From a virus: a stretch of DNA of 64,000 nucleotides. The position numbers and the translations under genes are program-made. The stretch lies in the IMG/VR virus record IMGVR_UViG_3300022891_000002, positions 64,001 to 128,000 of that record; one strand, given 5' to 3'. The notes beneath the pieces are model-generated. The model searched no databases and was not told the origin of the DNA. It saw only the letters and a list, made by a program, of their open reading frames with translations. Of this stretch, positions 47,613 to 57,608 are shown piece by piece. Every line of letters starts with the position of its first letter. The stretch's first letter is position 1.

Positions 47613-48056
47613 TTATTTTAATGAGTTTAACCAATTCTCACGTAATTGAATAGACGTAAGTAAATCCTCTAAATCAATTTGAATGTCTAACTCTTCCCAT
47701 TGAATTGCCCTGTCACCTAAGAGACTTACTTTTTCTATTTGTTCTTCAGTTTTACCTTTTAAACATTTAAACTCACTAATTTCTACAGTAAACCCGGTAA
47801 AGTGTTTTTGACCTGAGACTCTATATTCTTTCTCTAATTCAAAGAGTAAGTTTAGACTTTTAGTAGATTTCCAATACTCTACTTCAAAGATTTTCCAATA
47901 TATTTCTTTGTGCTTTTCCTTAGCTACTTTGATTTGGTCTTGTAGTTCTTGGTTATTCAGCCAAAAAGTATCATCTAACTCAGGAATATCAGACGTATCA
48001 ATGGCAGATTCTGGAATATTCTCTAATTCTTCAAGTCGTTTGCGCGAGATAGTCAT
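47613..48056 (-). CDS. Chimeric antitoxin-like protein: BrnA-like N-terminus plus DUF2442-like C-terminus
   Basis: MTISRKRLEELENIPESAIDTSDIPELDDTFW and LKGKTEEQIEKVSLLGDRAIQWEELDIQIDLEDLL. Confidence 0.55.
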   Translation of the reverse strand: MTISRKRLEELENIPESAIDTSDIPELDDTFWLNNQELQDQIKVAKEKHKEIYWKIFEVEYWKSTKSLNLLFELEKEYRVSGQKHFTGFTVEISEFKCLKGKTEEQIEKVSLLGDRAIQWEELDIQIDLEDLLTSIQLRENWLNSLK

Positions 48057-49262
48057 CTACTCAACTCCAATATAAAGATAATCCACAAAACTAAGATAAT
48101 AACAAAAGCTACAACTGTTATTAGTGTTTCTGTCATACTAATCTCTCATTGTCTAACTCTATAAAATCCGGATACTTCTTCCAATTATCTTTGTGAATTC
48201 CGTAAGCTTTATCTATGTTTATTACTGCTCCTTCATAGTCCGCACTTATCATCAAGTTATAACCGGAACAAAAAGATAGAACTACTAAGAAAATAGAAGC
48301 AGTAGAAGTAGTAATCACATAAGAACTACTATCCTCTACTAAGAACTTCTCTAATTGTTTCCTTACTTGATATTCAGAATGAGGTAAGCTATCTCTCTTG
48401 TAAGAAAATACAACTATCTTGTTCATAATCTAGGAGTCTGTTCGTGTAAAATATAAAGCCAACTTTCATCACATCTATATACCTGAGCTAAAGTAGGTAT
48501 TAACCAACAGTAGTTACCTTGATTATTTTCCATTTCTTCCACTTGTTCAAAAGTTAGAGCTATTCCATGAATGTCTCTTAAGACTTTTATCAAATCACCA
48601 ATACTCATACAATGCTGAGTTCTAGCTTGGAAGATGATATTACCGAAATAGATTGGTTGTTGCATTTAAATTACCTCTAAGAGAACTTTAAGAGAAACTA
48701 TGATTACCGTTATTACTATTCCGAAAAATCCAGCTATCAAGAAAGGGGAGATGTCATAGTCAACTTTAGATATCCAATCAATGACAAAAGCAAAGAGAAT
48801 ACTATAAATAGATAAAGCTAGAATTCCTGTGACTATTAATTCAAGAGATGTCATCTTCACTCACTAATAGAGAAATCATAAAACCGATTGAAACTGCATA
48901 AAGAGTAGCAGTAAATCCAAAGAAAGCTAGGTCTATTGCGTTCATACAATTAATAGAAATAGAAGATAAGCAAAACTTATAATATAGACAAAACAGATAA
49001 GTCCGATAAATAAAAGCATTAGCTACCTTCAATAATCTCAATTAACTTAAGAATTCCAAAGATAAGAAAAAAGAAAAATCCAACCCAATAAAAGAAAGCC
49101 ATAATTTTACTCCAAATTTAATAAATAATACCCAACAAATAGTCCTAGAAAAAACGAGAAAATAATAACTACTGCAATTTCAAAAGGAAGGATTATCAAT
49201 AAAGCAGCCATTACAAAACCTGTTAACAATCCCGGAATAGAGATGTACCAGTTGTTTCTCAT
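48053..49262 (-). CDS. Cluster of very small hydrophobic membrane peptides (48053..48136, 48666..48860, 48841..48945, 48942..49019, 49019..49102, 49107..49262)
   Basis: Translated by hand, for example MAFFYWVGFFFFLIFGILKLIEIIEGS, MLLFIGLICFVYIISFAYLLFLLIV and MTETLITVVAFVIILVLWIIFILELSR; TAATG/ATGA coupling. Confidence 0.55.
48133..48426 (-). CDS. Hypothetical protein (paralog of 49465..49806)
   Basis: MNK.V.F.YKRDSLPHSEYQV shared. Confidence 0.6.
   Translation of the reverse strand: MNKIVVFSYKRDSLPHSEYQVRKQLEKFLVEDSSSYVITTSTASIFLVVLSFCSGYNLMISADYEGAVINIDKAYGIHKDNWKKYPDFIELDNERLV
48423..48665 (-). CDS. XRE-like HTH protein
   Basis: FGNIIFQAR...MSIGDL...LTFEQVEEMEN...IPTLAQVY. Confidence 0.5.
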   Translation of the reverse strand: MQQPIYFGNIIFQARTQHCMSIGDLIKVLRDIHGIALTFEQVEEMENNQGNYCWLIPTLAQVYRCDESWLYILHEQTPRL

Positions 49263-50107
49263 ACTTTCTCCTTGAAGACTTCACTACAGTAAACCCAGTC
49301 TTCTACTGTATCCCCAGCTACATCAAAAGTATTGCTACCGTGATATGAGTACCATCGTTTATCCCAGACATCATAGTAAACTACTTCATGCCATCGTGAT
49401 AACCCTAATTCAGATATTCTACTGATAATAGCTAGTACAGGTTCAAACTCTTCTGGTGGTTGTTTCATTTCAAAACCCAAGTATAGTTCTTAAGGTCATC
49501 TTCAGAAGTCAAAAATAAGATTTCAAACGCTTTGTCTTCAATTTCAAAATCAAAACAGTTAGACCAATCGTTCATTTCCATACTTTTATCTAGTTTTAAT
49601 TCCAAATCTTCGTAGTAAGTAACTAGAGATAATCTATGAAGACGACAGAAAGCTCTAACTATGCTAAAGATTACCGCAGTTGAAGTAGATATCTTATATT
49701 CTTTTCTGTCTTCATCTTCTAGAAACTTATTAAAAGATTGTACTACTTGATATTCAGAATGAGGTAAACTATCTCTTTTATAGTAGAAATAAACTGTTTT
49801 GTTCATAACTTATTCTCCTAGTTATATAAGAGGAGCTTATAAGAAACCCCTCTTAGTTATTGTTTACTTATAAATCCATCAAACTCTCATCTAATTCATC
49901 AGTATCTATTCGGATTTTTGCTACCTCTTCTAGAAAGTTAGCTAAACATACACCTTCACTACCGAAATTATCTTTTGATTCTAGCCATTCATTTTTAGTA
50001 GAATCTAAAAGATATCTCCAAGTATAAGTGTAGTATCCGTAAACATCTCTAGTGCTAATAATCTTAAATACTTCTGTCTCCATTATCTTTTCTCCGGCAG
50101 TAAGCAA
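49259..50107 (-). CDS. Hypothetical proteins (49259..49480, 49465..49806, 49868..50107)
   Basis: Coupled small ORFs. Confidence 0.5.
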
Positions 50108-50836
50108 TCAGTAATAAGAAGGAAGATTTTGATTATCTAACTCAAAAAAGGCAGGCATTACGTAATTGGCTGTGTCTGATAATTCAGAGGCAACTCCTTG
50201 ATATAGCAATGTGTCGCTAGATTTCAACCACACATCAGGAAAACCGAACTTACCAGGAGAATTTAGAGTTTCTACAATCCACTCTACAGTACGTTTACGT
50301 AAACTATCAAGCGATTTAGAATAGCTATATCCTAAGTCCGCAGCAATTTGTCTGTTAGTAGAGACGTGAATATTTTCATCGTTAGAAATATCACGACTAA
50401 CTAATCTTAAACCTGCGTCACCAAATTTACGGAGGATAGGAAGGATTACAAAAAATACACTATTCTCAATCACCCAAGCTTTTACTACTGGGTGGTCAGG
50501 ATGGTCAATCCATTCTTTAGTTATAATACTCGCTTCATTCTCCATATTCTCATCTGTCAACTGATATACAGAATGAGCCATATTTAAGACTTCATCGTGA
50601 CGAAATTCATCTTCAATATTAGATTGCAATAGTTTAATAGCATCCTCGGATAGTCTTGACATCTCACGTTTACATCCTAATAGAATCCAATCTCCTACAG
50701 GAATTTCTAATGTTCGTAACGCGATTGCACGTCCAATAGTTTCTTCTGACCCTTCCATTACGGGAGATGGTTTACCGACGTTAGGTGTCCAAGGCTTCTT
50801 TTTAGCCAATAATTCAGAATAGAATGTATTTGTCAT
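50108..50836 (-). CDS. nrdB: Ribonucleotide reductase small subunit (short cyanophage type)
   Basis: Ferritin-like di-metal ligands LEIPV, DEFRH, IENSVFF and DENIH; adjacent to the large subunit gene. Confidence 0.8.
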   Translation of the reverse strand: MTNTFYSELLAKKKPWTPNVGKPSPVMEGSEETIGRAIALRTLEIPVGDWILLGCKREMSRLSEDAIKLLQSNIEDEFRHDEVLNMAHSVYQLTDENMENEASIITKEWIDHPDHPVVKAWVIENSVFFVILPILRKFGDAGLRLVSRDISNDENIHVSTNRQIAADLGYSYSKSLDSLRKRTVEWIVETLNSPGKFGFPDVWLKSSDTLLYQGVASELSDTANYVMPAFFELDNQNLPSYY

Positions 50837-50863
50837 TATTTTATATTTTATAGTTAGTTAGCG

Positions 50864-52240
50864 TTATTCAGCACAAGAAGTACATAACCCATCAAGGTTA
50901 CACGACTCTACAGCAGTTGAAATATTATCCTCTGTGATTACACGACTCTTATCTAGAAAATCTTGCTCAATAGGTAAACGATAGTAAGTAGTTTTAAGTG
51001 GAGATGCCAACCAATCTGCAATGAAATCTTTATCTACTGTACAAGTGTTCCAAATGTTGAAACTAATCGCATGAGCCAAACCTGTTCTATCCATCATACT
51101 TTGCCATGCTTTCATCAATCGATATTGAACATCCCAACCAACCTCTCTTGCTGTTTCACCTTTAGGGTTATGTTCATAATTTGTAACTCCAAAAGTACCG
51201 CTATCCCGGTCAACTATATTGTTAATTGGAGGGCTAATTTCTGGAGCAGTAGTAAACATCTCTCTGTCACGGTTACGATAAGCCACAGAGGCAGTAGGAG
51301 CAATTGTAAAAGCACGTTGCATCCCATGTTTACACGCTACAATCTTAGCTTTATCAAACCCCTCTAATAAAGCATCTACAATAGCAACAGCATTAGATGA
51401 TAGGGAAGTAGATGAATTTTCAATATTGTATACTCTATTTTCTAACGCATCTACAAACTCTGAATATTTAACTTCTTCAATAGCGAGCAAATTAGCTAAT
51501 CCTAACACTCCTAAACCCACTTGCTTATCCTCGTTAGGTGATAAATATAATCCTTGTTTATCCACACCAGTTTGAGGATGTAACTCACATAGAAATTTCA
51601 TTCCATCTTCAAAAGCCTGGGCAATTTCATCAATCTTACACTTACCTAAATTAGTGTGGGAAAGTAGGCAAGAAGCTCTAGACGAAATTATTATTTCCAT
51701 GCACACGTTAGAGTAGAGACGATTACCGTCTTTATCCCATTGTTTCTTAGCTAACCATACTGACCCGTCTCTAACTTTCTGAATAATAAGGTCAATATGA
51801 GGTGATTCTAATAAATTTTCATCTACATACAGAGATTTCTTAGCCCAAGGTAAATCTTTAGGAGTAGCATTTAAAAAATCAACTAGGTCACTGTGATTGT
51901 AATCGAGATATACAACAACAGCCCCATTCTTATAGATACCTCCACGTCTTAGAATCTCGTTGAGTTGGCTATAGATTTGAGCAAAACTAACTGCACCACT
52001 CGCAACCAAACCTTTGCTATTAGTCGTACCTTTTGAACGTATATTAGACAAGTTAATTGCCACACCAGCACCATATCTTAGAGCGCCACTGGTAAATAAC
52101 CAACTTTGTTCAATCCCGTCTTTCCCTTCCATACTATCTTGCACATCAAACACGGTACAGGATACTGGAAGCCTGCCATCTGGGTTTTTCATCCAATCAG
52201 ATACGCGACCTGTAACAGCAATATTTTTAGGTTTTTTCAT
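50864..52240 (-). CDS. nrdA: Ribonucleotide reductase large subunit (minimal cyanophage type)
   Basis: PVSC, GAGV, SNVCMEI (NxCxE), CLL, GLGVLG, IAPTAS and TTYY motifs, with a C-terminal CxxC. Confidence 0.88.
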   Translation of the reverse strand: MKKPKNIAVTGRVSDWMKNPDGRLPVSCTVFDVQDSMEGKDGIEQSWLFTSGALRYGAGVAINLSNIRSKGTTNSKGLVASGAVSFAQIYSQLNEILRRGGIYKNGAVVVYLDYNHSDLVDFLNATPKDLPWAKKSLYVDENLLESPHIDLIIQKVRDGSVWLAKKQWDKDGNRLYSNVCMEIIISSRASCLLSHTNLGKCKIDEIAQAFEDGMKFLCELHPQTGVDKQGLYLSPNEDKQVGLGVLGLANLLAIEEVKYSEFVDALENRVYNIENSSTSLSSNAVAIVDALLEGFDKAKIVACKHGMQRAFTIAPTASVAYRNRDREMFTTAPEISPPINNIVDRDSGTFGVTNYEHNPKGETAREVGWDVQYRLMKAWQSMMDRTGLAHAISFNIWNTCTVDKDFIADWLASPLKTTYYRLPIEQDFLDKSRVITEDNISTAVESCNLDGLCTSCAE

Positions 52241-52244
52241 AATT

Positions 52245-52823
52245 CTATTTCTCTTCTTTAATTGGTAAGTAAGTATTTACAATCCCGGCAGTAAAATCAG
52301 TCAAACCTAGCTGTATCAATTTCTCTTTTACATAACTTCTATCAATTTTTTTATACTTAACCGACACTAACTCGTTTTGTTCAAATTCATACAAAGCTTC
52401 AAGAACTAACCAGATTCCTTCATATTGACCAGAGAAGAAAGCAATTGTAGCACTATCCATTTAGTTAACCTCTCAGCTCACTAATAAATCGTTTGTATCT
52501 AAATAGTCTTGTACTAAATCTAGAATCTTGGAAGCTAAAGGTAATTTCCCCTGTACATAAGATTCATCACCTTTATAGGGATTATTAGTAATAAGCTCAT
52601 TAGCTATTAGTAAAGCTATTTTCTTTTTTAACTCCTCTTTAGTTATCTTGTAGTAGTTATTAATGATTGGTTCGACATACTCAGTAAGTTCTAATTCAGT
52701 TAATTTATCAATTACGTACTTTTTAGTTGGATAGACAGTAAACCCATCTTTCTCACTAAGTTGTTGCAATACTTCCATTACACCTTCTACTTTGGCAGAT
52801 TCATAGTTACTCATCTCATTCAC
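52245..52823 (-). CDS. Two related hypothetical proteins (52245..52460, 52473..52823)
   Basis: Both contain EG...VL..L.E....YV..KL..L.LT. Confidence 0.5.
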
Positions 52824-52924
52824 CTACACTGGTTTTGATATTTTAACGTTCTTATATTAGTAGATTACGACTGATAAGCTATTCATTATTCTCTAAGTCT
52901 TTCTATTAGGTTTGTTTATGACGA

Positions 52925-55075
52925 TTATTTCTCATTCCAATTTTTACAAGTTAGTTTGTTAGGGTCAAAACATACATCTACCGGAATTGACTTAATCCAG
53001 TATCTCAATTCAGTATGTAAACAATTCATTACTGCACTATTAATCTCAAATGAATATTCAGATAAACCAATCCAGTTAAGTTCATCGTGGCAGTTATTAC
53101 AAAATCTAGCTTTCCAATGAGGATTATTAAAGAACTCTATCTCTGCTTTACCTTGAGCAAATTTAAGAATATCTGCTTCTCCACAGAGCCAAATTAGAGA
53201 AATAGAATCTGTATAAGGAACTTCATAAGTAGTATAGGTTTTACCTGTTTTAGTTGTAAAAGTCTTCTCTTGCTTTTTTAAATGTACCGTTCTATTAGTA
53301 AAAGTCTTACATTTACCGTAATGCCCTGAAGTAGGTTGACCATTAGCATTAAAGAAAGGGAATTCTATATTATACTTGTTACACTCTTTAACATAGTTTT
53401 GGATAAATTCGTAGAGTACATTATAAGTTTTTCTATAAGCTTGCTGAATTAATTTACATTGTTCTTCACTTACTTCTACCCCATTCTTTCTAAAGCTTGT
53501 TTGTATAGTTTTAGCTCCTGCCTGATTGAGACCTGAGTAATTAGCTTCCTTCCCGAACTTCCTGTACTTAGATATTAGTGGGTCAGGATTATCTTGTTTA
53601 TATAAAGTTACTGCTTCGTCATACCCAAAATTGTGACCATCATAAATAGCAATAGAGTTACCCATAATAATATGAGCATCTTTACCATTACCATAAATCT
53701 CTAATAATGTGGGGTCTTTAGATAATTCAGTACAGATTCTATAGTGACTCTGACTTAAATCCATAATTCCCAAAAAATAACCTTCTGGGGCTTTAAAGAA
53801 TGTTCTAAAGTCAGGTAATCCTTCTTCTTTAAAAAAACTTGGTGTTTTAGCTGGGTTCTGAAGTTGAGCGCCAATGTTAATAGCTTTCTTACTTCCCTTA
53901 GAATTTTTGTATTTTAAAGTACCATTACAACTTGACCTACCTGAACCTGAAGGAGTCATTTGTCTATAATTAGTACGAACAGAATAGAAGTCTTCCTCAG
54001 GATTCTTCCAAGCTACATCTCTTATACCTTCTGCATATTGAATAAGAACGTTCAAAGTCCTCATCCTTAGTAGAGCTTTAGCTTCTGGATACTTAACTCT
54101 TTTTAGTGCTTCTACGTCTAATGACTGTAATTTAAGCTCCGGCCATTTCTCATTAAAAGCTTGTCTTAGTAACTCTACTTGTCCCCAATTTACATCTGGA
54201 AAACTAACTGTGATAATCTCTTTATATTCTTCTAACTTTTTCCTATACTCAAAAACATTCTTTTCTAATAAATCCTTATCAATAGGAAAACCAAATACTT
54301 CCATTTCAATAAAAGCAGGAAGTACAAGAGATTCTGCCATTACGGAGTAATATAAGTCTTCTCTTATAACTAACTCCTGAATATATGGAAATAATTGTAG
54401 AGGTAAGATTGAGTCATTTCCTGAATAATTATACTTAGCATTTGAAATTCTCCATCCCCAATCTTCTTTCTGTTCACTCTTATCTATTTCAAATTTAGTG
54501 TTGAAAAGAATGTTTACTCGTTCAGTAATAGCTTTAAGAGAGTGAGATAATAAACATCTATCTTCTCTATTTTTAGATTTATTACCAGGGATTACTTCTA
54601 CTCCTGCCCAAATTACTTGCGAACATAACATTAAATCTCTACAGCACAGTATTTTAATACCTAAATGGTAGAGTAGAAAGTTACCATCAAACTTTAGATT
54701 AACCCCTACTACCGGGACTTTTAGATTCTCACATCTCTCTTTAAATACTTGGTAGAATCTACTAGCAAAAAACTCTTTCTTCTTTTCATCTATATTATCT
54801 AAGTTTCCACCTAAATCATATATTAGTGCATAATATTGACCATCTACCTTGATTCCTACTGAGATAAGTCTTATTAACCCAAACTTAAAATATAATGCGC
54901 TATATTCTTCGTCACCATGAGTTTCTAAGTCAGTAGAGAATATCTTAGCAACTGAGAACTTATCTACCCATTCATTCCATACTTTATCTTCTACTTTGCC
55001 ATGAACAATTATATTTGGCTCAAGAGGAACATCTTTTGCTAGTATATCTGACCACTTTAACTGTAGAGTTTTCAT
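52925..55075 (-). CDS. polA: DNA polymerase family A with 3'-5' exonuclease (divergent)
   Basis: ExoI DLET, ExoII NLKFD, ExoIII YSGND; SGRSS...LQN; motif A DLSQSHYRI; motif B RKFGKEANYSGLNQ; motif C CHDEL. Confidence 0.9.
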   Translation of the reverse strand: MKTLQLKWSDILAKDVPLEPNIIVHGKVEDKVWNEWVDKFSVAKIFSTDLETHGDEEYSALYFKFGLIRLISVGIKVDGQYYALIYDLGGNLDNIDEKKKEFFASRFYQVFKERCENLKVPVVGVNLKFDGNFLLYHLGIKILCCRDLMLCSQVIWAGVEVIPGNKSKNREDRCLLSHSLKAITERVNILFNTKFEIDKSEQKEDWGWRISNAKYNYSGNDSILPLQLFPYIQELVIREDLYYSVMAESLVLPAFIEMEVFGFPIDKDLLEKNVFEYRKKLEEYKEIITVSFPDVNWGQVELLRQAFNEKWPELKLQSLDVEALKRVKYPEAKALLRMRTLNVLIQYAEGIRDVAWKNPEEDFYSVRTNYRQMTPSGSGRSSCNGTLKYKNSKGSKKAINIGAQLQNPAKTPSFFKEEGLPDFRTFFKAPEGYFLGIMDLSQSHYRICTELSKDPTLLEIYGNGKDAHIIMGNSIAIYDGHNFGYDEAVTLYKQDNPDPLISKYRKFGKEANYSGLNQAGAKTIQTSFRKNGVEVSEEQCKLIQQAYRKTYNVLYEFIQNYVKECNKYNIEFPFFNANGQPTSGHYGKCKTFTNRTVHLKKQEKTFTTKTGKTYTTYEVPYTDSISLIWLCGEADILKFAQGKAEIEFFNNPHWKARFCNNCHDELNWIGLSEYSFEINSAVMNCLHTELRYWIKSIPVDVCFDPNKLTCKNWNEK

Positions 55076-55349
55076 ATGTATACCTATCTACTGTTTTCCA
55101 GAAATCTTTTGCATAAGAATAAGGAGACTCACCTACTACAAATATGTCCATACTTTCTCCGTTTAAATAGATACACCCTGAGTAAGGAGCATCGCAATCA
55201 TCACCATACTGACTCTCTACTTTACAGACAAATCCCGCGTAATGTAAATCTTGGTTACAAAAATCTCTTTGCCATCTTATTAGCTCATCTATACCTACTA
55301 AGTTACTTAAATACTCTCGAATATCTTTGTGTTCTAAATTATTACTCAT
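55020..55349 (-). CDS. Protein with a HicB-like domain
   Basis: LHYAGFVCKVE...YSGCI...FVVGESPYSYAKDFWKTVDRY. Confidence 0.5.
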   Translation of the reverse strand: MSNNLEHKDIREYLSNLVGIDELIRWQRDFCNQDLHYAGFVCKVESQYGDDCDAPYSGCIYLNGESMDIFVVGESPYSYAKDFWKTVDRYTYENSTVKVVRYTSKRCSS

Positions 55350-55399
55350 CTTACTTCTCCTTATATGTTAAACTTTATTAGTTCCAATCAATTAGTTAC

Positions 55400-55654
55400 A
55401 TGACTCCTAAATTTTTGACCAAGTTAGAAGACTTATTTAGCTACCATCCTCCTAAGACTGATGAAGAAAGAGAACAACATAACGTAGTCAACCAAGCATC
55501 TATTGAATACGCAAAGTCACTAGCTCAAGTAGTAAAAAATCCTGCTGAGCTAACTACTATCCTTAGAGAAATTCAAAAGGTACGTATGTTAGCCAATGCT
55601 TCTGTATGTTACGAACGAGTAGGTATTAATTATCGAGACTTGTTCTCTGAGTAA
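55400..55654 (+). CDS. Acb2/Tad1-like helical hairpin protein (candidate immune-signal sponge)
   Basis: LEDLFSYHPPK..E...H..V......AKSL.......ELTTILREIQKVRMLANASV; an isolated + strand gene. Confidence 0.6.
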   Translation: MTPKFLTKLEDLFSYHPPKTDEEREQHNVVNQASIEYAKSLAQVVKNPAELTTILREIQKVRMLANASVCYERVGINYRDLFSE

Positions 55655-55670
55655 GGTTAGTAAGAGAAGG

Positions 55671-55709
55671 CCTCTAGAGTTTATTAGTAGTTCTAGAGGA
55701 TTCTTCTTT
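55671..55709. terminator. Hairpin between convergent genes
   Basis: CCTCTAGA-13 nt-TCTAGAGG followed by ATTCTTCTTT. Confidence 0.5.
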
Positions 55710-55715
55710 ATCTAC

Positions 55716-56129
55716 TTACTTCAGGAACTCTTCTTCTATAATGTCTGCTATTTGTTCAAAAGATAATTTAAATCTATCATTGAGACTAATCAATGATACC
55801 TGCTCTCTATCTATATAAGACATACCTACTTTCTCCATCTGATACATAGGTAACTTAGAATTAGTAGTTTTTATCAGAACATTATTACAGTCAATACCTA
55901 GATAACCTAACATTGAGTTAGGAAGTACGCCACTACTACCACTAAACATATAACACTCTTTATCTGTAGGCTCCAGATTCCAATCAATACCTAAGTCTTT
56001 CTTACTAATATCACAAAAGACTCCTAAGCAACAAAACTCATCATTTATATTCCTAAGTGCTTTTCTTCCTTGCTTGTATTTACCACTTCTTAAAGCATCT
56101 ACACATTTCTGAATCCTTTCTCTATTCAT
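55716..56129 (-). CDS. Conserved phage hypothetical protein
   Basis: VDALRSGKYKQG..AL.....FCCLGVFCD...LND...SFEQIADIIE. Confidence 0.6.
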   Translation of the reverse strand: MNRERIQKCVDALRSGKYKQGRKALRNINDEFCCLGVFCDISKKDLGIDWNLEPTDKECYMFSGSSGVLPNSMLGYLGIDCNNVLIKTTNSKLPMYQMEKVGMSYIDREQVSLISLNDRFKLSFEQIADIIEEEFLK

Positions 56130-57035
56130 TGTCTTGTCCTCCCTCAGAACAATCAAACCAACTAATTAGATAAGACACACTTTCAGGTGTTAGTTTATAA
56201 CCTAAGATTTCTTCTCTGCTATCAAACCATGCACCTCTAATACTACTTCCCCAAGTCAAATACTGAATAAGGAACTGAACATAAACAATGTAAGTGTATT
56301 GCAACTCTTCATCATCAGGAAAAAGATAGTTTTGATTTGGCTTAGTAGGTACATCTTTCTTGTTATGGAAGTAATGAATACTCTTGATAATGTCCAATAT
56401 GTATTCCCCAATCTCTAAACTAAAGTCATCACAGTAAGTAGTTAAGTCTAAAACCTCATCAACTAGGAAAATTAGTCTTTTTTCCCTTTCTGTATATTCA
56501 TCAGGTTTAGATAAGCCCCAAACATAAAGGAAGTCTTCGTAACTATCTTTATGAGTAATATTCATTGATTGTCACACATCCATCTATATAACTCCGTAAC
56601 TCTTTCAATAGCTAGCTCTAAATCCGGGTCATTTTTATATCTCATTTCACTAATATGAGCAGATACTCCGTTTCTATACTGCATTCTTTTATAATCATCC
56701 ATTAGATACAAGTACATAAACTTAGCAATATTATCTAAAACATTAACACTGAAGAAATTAGCTAATGAAGTTAGTGATTCATAAAAGACTATCTGAACTT
56801 GCATCCACATAATCTCAAAATGTTCTTTCATAGTTATCTCCTTGTAAGTAGTTGTCCAATTGTAAAACTCAATCCACAAGTCAGCTAACTCAAAATCAAA
56901 ATCTATTCTCAACTCACGAATTCTTAAAGCTGCATTATTTCTAGCTTCTAATCTTTCTGATTCACACATCCCTTTATAAGCCGTCTTCATCAGCCAAAGA
57001 GATATAGACTTAGCAATCTTATCTAGTAAAGTCAT
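56122..57035 (-). CDS. Hypothetical proteins (56122..56565, 56562..57035)
   Basis: The 56562 ORF has an internal duplication (LDKIAK...W / LDNIAK...W). Confidence 0.5.
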
Positions 57036-57548
57036 TATTCAACATTAAACGCATCATATTCGTCAATCCATTCACAGGCAAACTTAATTATCTCCTCTAC
57101 TGAGAGATGAATGTCTATTACTTGATTAACTGACCTACCATACTTATAAATCCCAACATCATAGATACCTTCTTGTCTTGGGGTTACGTAGATTTCGTAC
57201 TCTTTGTACTGTACTAATTCCTCTTTTCTATTATCTTTGACTCCAAAAGCACATTTAACAATATTACCTAAAGCATTTTCTAAGTATTTATTTAAGTAAT
57301 TCATGTTCATCTACCCAAGTACGTCCTAACATCTCTACTATATCTCTAGTATCGTCGTCATCACCTACCCCTCTACATACTTCTTTTCCATCTTTATTGA
57401 CTTGCATAAAATAATATTTCTTCCCTGAAGTTCTCCACATAGCAGTTGTACATATCTCATAATCTTTGTAGATAAAACATTGAGGTCTATCTTCGTGGTT
57501 ATTTTCTGAAATAAACTGTTTTACTCTTCTCAACCAAACTTCTAACAT
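57035..57548 (-). CDS. Two divergent HicB-like domain proteins (57035..57310, 57288..57548)
   Basis: QYKEYEIYV...WIDEY and IYKDYEICT...WVDEH. Confidence 0.4.
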
Positions 57549-57608
57549 GAGTAACTCCTATTCTTAGTAGAAGTGGGCATAATCAAGTACACCCACTAAT
57601 AAAATAAA

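Noticed and set aside
50108-55075. Introns or inteins in RNR, PolA or ThyX
   Set aside because: The ORFs are continuous and compact, with no intein terminal motifs or homing endonuclease.
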